A DNA stretch of 64,000 nucleotides from Candidatus Sericytochromatia bacterium. GTDB lineage: Bacteria; Cyanobacteriota; Sericytochromatia; S15B-MN24; JAQBPE01. The notes below the pieces were generated by a model, which saw nothing but the letters and a program-made list of their open reading frames with translations, was not told the DNA's origin and did not search any database. Position numbers and translations under genes: made by a program. Shown piece by piece: positions 19,564-27,680 of the stretch (position 1 is its first letter; every line of letters starts with the position of its first letter). The stretch spans positions 16,721-80,720 of the forward strand of contig JBBAPZ010000004.1 of NCBI GenBank assembly GCA_040400605.1, given 5' to 3'.

Positions 19564-21300
19564 TCACACAAGCACCTCGCGCGGCAGTGTGTCGACAATC
19601 ATCTGCAGCCATGCTTTGTGTGCCCGTGCTGTTTGCGCGCGCTTTGTGCACATTTCGATGACCTGGTGGCCAAGTCGCGCATCGGCTCTCATCGTGCGCA
19701 TCACGTCAGCGACTGCATCCGGGGTCGTTACCCGGTGATGGGTGAGCCCGAAGGCTTGGGTCAACAGGCCAAAATTGACTGCTTGGGGGGTCGCAAACAA
19801 GCGTTCGTAACCCGGAACCGCGTTGGCAATGGGCAATTGGTCAAAAATGCCGCCCCCGCCGTTGTTGAGCAAGAGGATGACGATTGGGAAAGGGCTGCGG
19901 GCGATCGCACTGAGGCCGCCGCAGTCATGCAAAAATGCGATATCCCCCACCACCAACAAAACCAAACGTGCCGACCCCAGTGCAACCCCGGCGGCTGCCG
20001 AGAGTAGGCCATCGATCCCGTTCGCACCCCGAAAAGCCAACGACTGCAGCTGGGCGGTGGCGCTCCCACCGTAGGTCTCACCGTGTCGAATCGGCAACGA
20101 ACTGGCCCAAACAACCCCCATCGGTTCATTCGTGCCGCTCAGGGCTGCGCGCACTGCCGCTGCTTCTTCAGGCATGGCATCCGGTGTTTCATGAAGGCAG
20201 CGTGTGACATGCTGCTCCGCCAAGCACCACCTGGCGCGCCACCCGTTTGAGCCTTGCCGGGTAACGCCTTGCAAGGCTTGGGTGAGCGCAGGGACAACCG
20301 CCTCCACCGGTCCTGTGACCACAGTGTGGGCGAGCGCTTCGGGATCGCGTCTCTGGCGCGTGTCCTGAAAGAGCACCTGATGGGCTTGGGAGCGTGATAG
20401 ACAGGTTTGGACACCTTTACCCGTGGGCCACGCGCCAAAGCGCAACAAGAGGTCGGCATCCGGCCATTCGGGGTGCCGCGTGAATGCGTCCGCGTGGGTG
20501 ATAATGTAGCCTGCACCGTTCTGGGCGCGCACACCCGAGGCCACATCCGCGACCAAGGGGGCATCGAGGACACGGGCCAGTGCAAGCAAGGTGTCGGCTG
20601 AACCGGCATCCGGACCCGCAATGATCAGTGGTCGGGTCGCTTGCGTGCAACGCGCGACCAGCTCGGCGAGTGACGACGCATCAGGCACGGCGTGCGCCGC
20701 TTTAAGGGTTTTGGTCAGCCAGCTGAGCTGCCACGTTTGCCGACCTTGCGGGGGCAACGTGATCAAGGCCCCATCGGCCCCCACGTCAAAGGGCACGTTG
20801 ATGTGCACGGGGCCGTCAACACTGGCCAAGGCTGCCAGCGTGACTTGTCCTGAAGCCGAGCGCAAGGCCCGTTCCGAGGCGCGGGGCATGGGGAGATCCA
20901 AAAAGTGGGCGCATCGGGTGCCGTAAAGGTGAATCTGGTCGATCGTCTGGGCCGCACCCAAGCCGCGCACGGCGCCAGGGCGGTCGGCGGTGAGCGCAAT
21001 GAGGGGTACGTGCGTTAACTGCGCTTCGATGATGGCAGGGTAGTAATGGGCGCCTGCCGTGCCCGATGTGCAGATTAAAGCGACCGGCTTCTGACTGGCT
21101 TTGGCGATGCCCAACGCGAAAAATCCCGCGGAGCGTTCATCGACCAAGATACTGGTCCGCAAGTCCGGATGCGCGTCTGCCACCACCGCAAGCGGCGTTG
21201 AGCGGCTGCCGGGGGAGATGACCACGTCTTGAACCCCGGCTGCGGCCAAGGTATCCAGGATCATCCATGCCCATTGTTCGTTGGGGTTTTCAGCAGACAC
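19564..21300 (-). CDS. menD: SEPHCHC synthase (ThDP-dependent)
   Basis: SPGSRSTPL, DERSAGFFALG, CTSGTA, RGANGIDG, GDIAFLHD, NNGGGGIF. Confidence 0.97.
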   Translation of the reverse strand: MSAENPNEQWAWMILDTLAAAGVQDVVISPGSRSTPLAVVADAHPDLRTSILVDERSAGFFALGIAKASQKPVALICTSGTAGAHYYPAIIEAQLTHVPLIALTADRPGAVRGLGAAQTIDQIHLYGTRCAHFLDLPMPRASERALRSASGQVTLAALASVDGPVHINVPFDVGADGALITLPPQGRQTWQLSWLTKTLKAAHAVPDASSLAELVARCTQATRPLIIAGPDAGSADTLLALARVLDAPLVADVASGVRAQNGAGYIITHADAFTRHPEWPDADLLLRFGAWPTGKGVQTCLSRSQAHQVLFQDTRQRRDPEALAHTVVTGPVEAVVPALTQALQGVTRQGSNGWRARWCLAEQHVTRCLHETPDAMPEEAAAVRAALSGTNEPMGVVWASSLPIRHGETYGGSATAQLQSLAFRGANGIDGLLSAAAGVALGSARLVLLVVGDIAFLHDCGGLSAIARSPFPIVILLLNNGGGGIFDQLPIANAVPGYERLFATPQAVNFGLLTQAFGLTHHRVTTPDAVADVMRTMRADARLGHQVIEMCTKRAQTARAHKAWLQMIVDTLPREVLV

Positions 21301-22672
21301 GTGCGATCGCCCCCCACTGTTTCAAAATGCCACGCAAAGCTTCACCCTTGCGCGCCGTTTCGAGCCACTCCGCCTTGGCTTCAGACCCTGCCACAATGCC
21401 TGCGCCCATCATCAACGCGATGCGATCACCCCACACGTGCGCAAAGCGAATGGCCACCCAAAACTGAGCTCCTTCCGCCGTAACAACCCCAACAGGTGCC
21501 CCATACCATCCCCGCGGCGCCGCTTCCGTGTCACGAATCAACTGCAAGGCTGCATCCTTGGGAACGCCACCCAATGCCGGGGTGGGATGCAGCGCATTGA
21601 CTATCGCGGCGATATCCGCCGCTTCAGCCAAGCTCGCCTCCAAAGGCGTAAAAAGATGCTGGATATAGGACAGCTTTTTCACTTGCGGCTCAGGCGGAAA
21701 CGACCACGTATCAACCCACGGCCGCAGCACGTCCTGGATGCCATCAATGACCAATTGATGCTCACCCCGCTCCTTGGCACTCTCCAGGAGCGCGCGTGCC
21801 AATTCGTCATCCGCGCTTGGATCTGTACCGCGACTGGCACTCCCTGCCAAGGCATCCAACTGAAGCCGCAAGCCATCAAAGCGGCACAGGCGCTCAGGAG
21901 TGGCCATGACCACCGCCTGACTTGCTCCCCGCGATAACAGCATTCGGGTCGTGCCGTGAGCCTGTCTGGCAATCACAGCAAACAGACTGGCCAGATCATC
22001 AGGGCTTGCGCTCCGATCAAGCTGCCAGACTTCGTGGCGCGCCATGACCACTTTGGTCAAAGACCCTTCGACGATCGCAGCCAAAGCCCCTTTCACCTGC
22101 GTCTCCCATTGCTCAAACGATACCGCCGTCACCGGCGCATCGTATGCCAAAGCCGCACCAGAACCGACGACGGACCCCGTACGCGCCCAATCGTGTAGCG
22201 CTCGAGTTTCCGCATCCAAGCAGCGTTCCAACGTCCCGACATCATCCCCCTTCACAACAACAGCCCAGCGCCACGGGCCGTCTTCCGGGCGTTTCCAGAG
22301 AATCCAGCGTGGCAGGATCCACAGGGCCCCCGGCCAGCGATCGCCCAAGGGCGTCACAGAATGATCGGCATCAAATGCCATTCCGCCCACGAACCACAAC
22401 GGCAAGTCACTCCCCACTTGCTGACCCAAGTCACGCAACACGGCCTGCATCGCCATAACGTTTCCAGAACCCCAGCGCCCATCTGTGCCAGTTTGCTCGT
22501 CTGCAACCCCGAAGCCGACCCAGTGCAAGCCATCCTCGAGGACCAACCGACACTGGGTTTCATCAGGAACGGACCTTGTTTCCCAAGCAGCGGCGGTCAC
22601 ATCGAACCCACCGGTTCGGACACCGAAACGGTAACCCTGTCCTTGGTTTCGCACTGGCTCTGCCACAACCAC
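21290..22672 (-). CDS. menF: Isochorismate synthase
   Basis: KVVMAR, ATPERL, LHPTPALGG, RGWYG, GAGIVAGS, EWLET..K; exact start uncertain. Confidence 0.9.
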   Translation of the reverse strand: MVVAEPVRNQGQGYRFGVRTGGFDVTAAAWETRSVPDETQCRLVLEDGLHWVGFGVADEQTGTDGRWGSGNVMAMQAVLRDLGQQVGSDLPLWFVGGMAFDADHSVTPLGDRWPGALWILPRWILWKRPEDGPWRWAVVVKGDDVGTLERCLDAETRALHDWARTGSVVGSGAALAYDAPVTAVSFEQWETQVKGALAAIVEGSLTKVVMARHEVWQLDRSASPDDLASLFAVIARQAHGTTRMLLSRGASQAVVMATPERLCRFDGLRLQLDALAGSASRGTDPSADDELARALLESAKERGEHQLVIDGIQDVLRPWVDTWSFPPEPQVKKLSYIQHLFTPLEASLAEAADIAAIVNALHPTPALGGVPKDAALQLIRDTEAAPRGWYGAPVGVVTAEGAQFWVAIRFAHVWGDRIALMMGAGIVAGSEAKAEWLETARKGEALRGILKQWGAIARVC

Positions 22673-22730
22673 ACCCCGCAGCCCTGTTGTGTCCCCAGAC
22701 TGAATGGATCAAATTTTTATCGTCCACAAG

Positions 22731-22771
22731 TTTCAAAATTTCTTGAAAATTCTGAAAAGAATGGGTATAAA
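22731..22771 (+). promoter_or_regulatory. sigma70-type promoter with overlapping palindromic operator in men/aroF divergent region
   Basis: TTGAAA(22743)-N17-TATAAA(22766); inverted repeat TTTCAA-AATTTC-TTGAAA at 22731-22748 overlaps -35. Confidence 0.6.
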
Positions 22772-22912
22772 CTAACACAGGGGCGAGGGGCCGTAAAGAA
22801 AATTTTTCATTCACTGCGTGGTTTTTGAGTTTTTAATCACAGGGCGAGGGTGTGCGGTCGCAGTGTCTGAGCGGGGCTATGTTGCCTGTGAGGGTGTGAA
22901 AAGGAGGGGTCG

Positions 22913-23914
22913 ATGCTGGTCACGTTGTCCAGTTCTGACTGGATGCCAGGCTTGAAGGCGTGGTTGACGGAACAGGGTGTGGCGTCTCGGCCTGTGATGG
23001 GCGGGGCAAACTTGCTGGTTGATGCTTATGCTGGCCGTGCGGTGCAGGAACGCTTGATGTCGCATCCCGGCGTAGCCGCAGTTGAGGTGACGGCGGAGAT
23101 TCCGGCCAGCGTGGTGCGCTTGGGTGAGGCGCGAATGGTGGGCCCGTGGGGTTCTGGTGAACTGCCGGTAATTGCGGGGCCTTGTGTCGTTGAAAGCAAG
23201 GAGCTTGTGTTTGAAACGGCGCGTTTTTTGGGTTCTGAAGGGGTACGGTTTTTGCGAGGCGGTTCAGACAAGACGCGGACACGGCCGGATGCGTTTCAGG
23301 GGCTTGGTTTGAAGGGTGCGGAGTTTTTAAAAGAGGCTGCTGAACGGTATGGGATGTTGAGTGTGTCGGAGGTGACCGACTCTGGGGATTGGGAGGGAAT
23401 TGCCCAGACCGTTGATGTGTTGCAGGTGGGTGCAAGGCACATGCACGCCCCGCGACATTTGCAGCGTTTGGGTCGGATGGGCAAGCCGGTGATTTTGAAA
23501 CGTGGGCTGTCTGCGAGTCCGGAGGAGTGGTTGTGGGCCGCTGCATATCTGTTGGATGCGGGGGCGTCGGCGGTGTGGTTTTGTGAGCGGGGGATTCGCA
23601 CGGCGCATCCGCTCAAGCGTTTCACGCTGGATCTGGGCGCCGTGCCGTTTATTCAAGGCATGACGCCGTTTCCGGTCTTGGTTGATCCGAGCCACGCTGC
23701 GGGCAGCTCGCCCTATGTTGCGCCGTTGGCCCGGGCGGCGTTGGCGGCTGGGGCTGACGGTATTGTGGTGGAGTGTCATCCCGAGCCTGCCAAGGCGTGT
23801 TCGGATGCGCTGCAGGCGTTGAGCTTTGATGGGATGCGCGCGTTGCTCGCGGATGTGCGGCGGCTTCAGGCGGTGATGGGTGAGTGTGGCGAGAAAGCAG
23901 GTCTCACGTGTTGA
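22913..23914 (+). CDS. aroF: 3-deoxy-7-phosphoheptulonate (DAHP) synthase, class I-beta, divergent
   Basis: IAGPCVVES, LQVGAR, PVILKRG, CERGIRT, VDPSH, GADG..ECHP, SD; strong RBS AAGGAGG. Confidence 0.85.
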   Translation: MLVTLSSSDWMPGLKAWLTEQGVASRPVMGGANLLVDAYAGRAVQERLMSHPGVAAVEVTAEIPASVVRLGEARMVGPWGSGELPVIAGPCVVESKELVFETARFLGSEGVRFLRGGSDKTRTRPDAFQGLGLKGAEFLKEAAERYGMLSVSEVTDSGDWEGIAQTVDVLQVGARHMHAPRHLQRLGRMGKPVILKRGLSASPEEWLWAAAYLLDAGASAVWFCERGIRTAHPLKRFTLDLGAVPFIQGMTPFPVLVDPSHAAGSSPYVAPLARAALAAGADGIVVECHPEPAKACSDALQALSFDGMRALLADVRRLQAVMGECGEKAGLTC

Positions 23915-24879
23915 GTGTGCCTGATCCCCAAGCTTCGGTTGAAACCTATCGTGGTGCGCTGGCGTCGCGCATCACCAGTGCGTCGCAAAAACTGGAGGCT
24001 GCCGCTCGACATTTACTTGAGGCGCAGGGCAAGAACGTGCGTCCCCTGTGTCTTAAATTGGTTGGTGCGGCGTGTCATCCGGGCGGTTTGACACTTGATG
24101 CCCATGAGGAATTGGCAGAGGCAATCGAGTTGGTTCACGTGGGTTCGTTGATTCACGATGACATTTTGGATGAAGCGGATACCAGGCGTGGTGTGGATGC
24201 CGTTCATGTCCCTTGGGGCGCCAAGGTGGCGGTGTTGGCAGGTGATTTTTTGTTGGCTCAGGCCAGTCGCAAGGTGGCTGGTTTAAAGGAACCGTACTTA
24301 ACTTTGCGATTGTCTGAGATGATCACCGATCTCTGCGAGGGTGAATTATTGCAAGATGAGCAACGGGGACAGTGCGATGTGACCATCGGGGCCTATCTGG
24401 AACGCATTGCGAAGAAAACCGCCAGTCCTTTTGAACTGGCTGCTGAAGGCGGCGCCTTGTTGTCAGGTGCTCCCAAGCGGCAAGTCGCGGCTGCGCGCCG
24501 TTTCGGTTTTCACATTGGTCGTTTGTTTCAACTGGTTGATGACAGTTTGGATTGGTATGGTGATGAGGCCACGCTCAAAAAACCGGTTGGTCAGGATTTT
24601 GAAGCCGGCTTTGTGACCTTGCCCTTGCTGGTGGCCCTGGAGCATCCGGTGGATGGTAGCCGGCTGTTAGACGCGCTTCGACAGGATTTCTGGCGGGCTC
24701 GGACCTCGGCAAACCAGTTGGTGCAGCGCCTTGACAACCGCCAGCGCACCTTTGGTCTGCTGAATGAAGAGGCCGAGCGCGCGAAGGTATGGCTGAACGA
24801 ATTGCCCGCGTGTGATGCGCGCGATGAGTTGGGGACGTTGTTGACAGAGATGATGCGTCGAGTGGCCCGTTATCAATAG
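23908..24879 (+). CDS. Long-chain trans-polyprenyl diphosphate synthase
   Basis: GKNVRP, HDDILD..RRG, AVLAGDFL, KTA, FQLVDDSLD, K.VGQD. Confidence 0.9.
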   Translation: MLSVPDPQASVETYRGALASRITSASQKLEAAARHLLEAQGKNVRPLCLKLVGAACHPGGLTLDAHEELAEAIELVHVGSLIHDDILDEADTRRGVDAVHVPWGAKVAVLAGDFLLAQASRKVAGLKEPYLTLRLSEMITDLCEGELLQDEQRGQCDVTIGAYLERIAKKTASPFELAAEGGALLSGAPKRQVAAARRFGFHIGRLFQLVDDSLDWYGDEATLKKPVGQDFEAGFVTLPLLVALEHPVDGSRLLDALRQDFWRARTSANQLVQRLDNRQRTFGLLNEEAERAKVWLNELPACDARDELGTLLTEMMRRVARYQ

Positions 24880-24906
24880 GTGGCAGCGCCGTGGAGAGAA
24901 TGTGAC

Positions 24907-25629
24907 ATGCGCCCAGTTTTACCCAGTCCAGATGATAAAGCGCGCTATGTGCAGGAGATGTTTAACACGATTGCATCCGCTTACGATGCGACCAATGATT
25001 ACATGACAGCCGGTCAACACCGCCTGTGGAAGCGTCGGTTACTGGATGTCGTGCAGCCCCGACCGGGCGATCGCCTGTTGGATTTGGCCACGGGGACCGG
25101 GGATATCGCTTTACTGGCAAAGACGCGAATGGGCCCGGATGCCGGGGTGTTTGGGCTTGATTTTTCGGAAGAAATGCTGCGCGTGGCGCGAGTGCGTGAT
25201 GCGCAAGATGCGGTGACGTGGGTCCAAGGGGACATGCTGCAATTGCCTTTCTCAGACGACCATTTTGATGTCGTCACCGTCGGCTTTGGCCTTCGTAACG
25301 TCGCAGACCTCGAGCAGGCCATCCGCGAGATTCACCGCGTTCTTAAACCGGGCGGGCGCTTCGCCTCCCTCGAGATGGGGCATCCGCGACAGCGTGTGCT
25401 GCGTCCTTTCATCAAGGGTTACAACACCTGGATCATGCCCTTGATTGGCAGGCTCACCACCGGACAAAGTACGCCCTATCGCTATTTGCAGCAATCCAGT
25501 GAGGCGTTTCTCTCCCAAGATGCCCTCGCACACCGCCTGGAAAAGCATGGTTTCCACCGTGCCGACGTCCAAGATCTTGCCTTTGGAACGCTGGCGATCG
25601 TCTCCGCCACCAAACCCCTATCAAACTGA
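24907..25629 (+). CDS. menG: Demethylmenaquinone methyltransferase
   Basis: MFNTIA..YD..ND, LDLATGTGD, FGLRNV, RVLKPGG, YRYL..S. Confidence 0.93.
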   Translation: MRPVLPSPDDKARYVQEMFNTIASAYDATNDYMTAGQHRLWKRRLLDVVQPRPGDRLLDLATGTGDIALLAKTRMGPDAGVFGLDFSEEMLRVARVRDAQDAVTWVQGDMLQLPFSDDHFDVVTVGFGLRNVADLEQAIREIHRVLKPGGRFASLEMGHPRQRVLRPFIKGYNTWIMPLIGRLTTGQSTPYRYLQQSSEAFLSQDALAHRLEKHGFHRADVQDLAFGTLAIVSATKPLSN

Positions 25630-25632
25630 GCA

Positions 25633-25688
25633 GTATATACAACCAATCGGTCGAAATGCTTGACATTGTATATACCTGTATATACGAT
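25633..25688 (+). promoter_or_regulatory. sigma70 promoter with three GTATATAC palindromic boxes
   Basis: TTGACA 25660-25665, N17, TACGAT 25683-25688; GTATATAC at 25633, 25668 and 25678. Confidence 0.75.
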
Positions 25689-25720
25689 TAGTCTGTAGGA
25701 TTTTGTGAAAGGGGTAGCAA

Positions 25721-26524
25721 ATGATGGCTCACGAAGCGACAGTGATTGAAAATGAAGGGGCCGCTGAGGCGCAGACGGCAGATGCACCGGTTCAGGAGCC
25801 TTCGGTATCGGAAGCTGCACCGGTTGAGGGTGAATTGAGTGGTGATGCGGGGCCTGATGGACAAGATGCAGGGCGCAAGGCGATTTCGTTGCGGATGCCC
25901 GTAGAGGATTTGGCGCGTGCAAAGGCGATTGCGGAGAAGCTTGACACGGGTTACCAGACTTTGTTGCTTGAGATCATTCGGGATGGTCTGGCTGAGCGTG
26001 AAGTGTCGCTCAAGATGCAGCAGTTGGTAAATGTGGTTCAGCAGTCTTTGCCTGAGCTGAAATTGATGAGTGCGGAAGAACTGGTCAATGCACCGGCGGT
26101 GCAGGCGGCGCAAGAGTTTGTGGCCCTCCCGGCCATCAAGGCGGCGCAAGCGTTGATTGAGTCGCCCGCATTCAAGGCAGCGCAGGATCTCGCGCAGTCT
26201 CCTGCCGCAGGCAAAGTGCGTGATTTTGGCACGCAATCTGCCAACAAGGCCGCTGAGGGCTTGGCGAGTTCGCCGATCGGCAAGGCGGTTCAGGAATTGG
26301 TGGAATCCCCCACCATCAAAGCGGCACAGGAGTTGGCCAGCTCAGCCACAGCCAAGTGGGCGGATGACTGGGCGCGCTCTCCGGGCGGCCGACTCGCCAA
26401 GGCGATCGTACAACCGGCCCAGGCGTACGTGGACGAAGCCGTGCAATCACCGCAACTGGCTCAGCTGAATCAGGCCGTGAAGGACATGCAACAAGCCTTG
26501 CGGCAGGCAGGCTTGCTTAAATAG
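25721..26524 (+). CDS. Hypothetical protein: acidic N-tail, CopG/BrnA-like ribbon-helix-helix domain, C-terminal 12-aa amphipathic repeats
   Basis: KAISLRMPVEDLARAKAIAEKLDTGYQTLL resembles BrnA/CopG RHH; own promoter, RBS and terminator. Confidence 0.7.
   Translation: MMAHEATVIENEGAAEAQTADAPVQEPSVSEAAPVEGELSGDAGPDGQDAGRKAISLRMPVEDLARAKAIAEKLDTGYQTLLLEIIRDGLAEREVSLKMQQLVNVVQQSLPELKLMSAEELVNAPAVQAAQEFVALPAIKAAQALIESPAFKAAQDLAQSPAAGKVRDFGTQSANKAAEGLASSPIGKAVQELVESPTIKAAQELASSATAKWADDWARSPGGRLAKAIVQPAQAYVDEAVQSPQLAQLNQAVKDMQQALRQAGLLK
26081..26404 (+). repeat. Nine tandem 12-aa (36-nt) degenerate coding repeats
   Basis: LVNAPAVQAAQE/FVALPAIKAAQA/LIESPAFKAAQD/LAQSPAAGKVRD/FGTQSANKAAEG/LASSPIGKAVQE/LVESPTIKAAQE/LASSATAKWADD/WARSPGGRLAKA. 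Confidence 0.8.
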
Positions 26525-26542
26525 TCCCCACATCTCGTTTTC

Positions 26543-26575
26543 AAAAGGGGAGAGCCTGAATGGCGCTCCCCTTTT
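26543..26575. terminator. Intrinsic terminator
   Basis: AAAAGGGGAG-AGCC...GGC-G-CTCCCCTTTT hairpin starting 18 nt after the stop codon. Confidence 0.8.
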
Positions 26576-27018
26576 GCCATGGTGCCTCAAGCAGGCGATC
26601 CATCGAAACACAAGACGGGCTGTCCCCCTGTGAGCAATCCTTGGCGCCAGCCATTCGCCTTTTCAATGAACAAGAGGTGATCACCCCATGCGTGTCTACT
26701 TAAGCAACGCGTGTCAAAAATCTCCAAGTTTCATCGTTGGCTTACATTGTCCTCAGGTAGATTACTGGGATCGGCTCAGTGTTGATTATCTGGAGAAACC
26801 CGGAAACGGCTTCTTAAGTGATCACCATGTCTGGTCACCCAAACGACCGCTATCAACTTCTAGGCAAAGCGCACCCAAAATAGCATCGCTGGCGGCTTGT
26901 TTTCACGCGGTGCCGACCACGCACAAAAAACGCAGAAATATGCGCTCGAAGACGCAAGATTCAAGCTTAATCATACGATAACCTCACCACAATATTTAAG
27001 TTAAATAAGGAGCATGAC

Positions 27019-27444
27019 ATGACAATGGTGAATGGTTCCGTGTCGCGGGTGGCTTTGCAGAATGCGACGGCGCGTACGCAGCAGGCCCCGGTGGCGTCAC
27101 ATGGTTTGATGCCGGCAACGGATGTTTTGTGTCGTGATGGGCGGTATCTGAGTGAATATCGTGAAAAGGCGAATGTTCGGATTGATGCGGCGAAGGATGA
27201 GGCCAGTAAAGCGCGGCGCGTGGTTAATGTGTTGGGGGTATCCGGGGGCGGTTTGGGTGTGACTGGTGGATTGTGGCTGTGGGGGCAGGGATTGGCTGCG
27301 GTGCCGTTGACGGCGTTTCTGGTCGGTGTGGGCTTGACGGGTGCTGCGATTGCGCTTCGCTTGGCGTCCGATGCCAAGGTCGCGAGTGTCACGCGACGGG
27401 CGGAGGCGCAATTTCAGCGTGACCGGCAGGCTTGCGAGTCTTGA
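27019..27444 (+). CDS. Small hypothetical membrane protein (two Gly-rich hydrophobic segments)
   Basis: RBS TAAGGAG; hydrophobic stretch VLGVSGGGLG...AIAL. Confidence 0.65.
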   Translation: MTMVNGSVSRVALQNATARTQQAPVASHGLMPATDVLCRDGRYLSEYREKANVRIDAAKDEASKARRVVNVLGVSGGGLGVTGGLWLWGQGLAAVPLTAFLVGVGLTGAAIALRLASDAKVASVTRRAEAQFQRDRQACES

Positions 27445-27680
27445 GGCGGATCCAGGGGGCGACGCGCGCGCGGTGCCCCCTTCAGCTTGCCTCAGTGTCT
27501 ATTACAAGATTCGTTAGCCCGACTGACGCACACCGCGCAGTGATGCATTGGTTCTTGCTCAAAACTTAAGTGACAAACTTCAAACATGCCCTGATTGAAC
27601 GGCAGCCAGCGTTCGATTGCCAAGCAAGTCCTCTTTTCGATATTGGCGCACACGTTTCTGTTGCGATGCACCTTTGTGCG

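Noticed and set aside
25721..26524. BrnT/BrnA-type toxin-antitoxin locus
   Set aside because: No toxin ORF upstream or downstream; the gene has its own promoter and terminator and a long repeat tail
26960..26995. Shared sigma28-like promoter upstream of orphan ORFs (9460, 27019, 63057)
   Set aside because: Only partial CGATAA/TGATAA matches with inconsistent spacing; not supportable by eye
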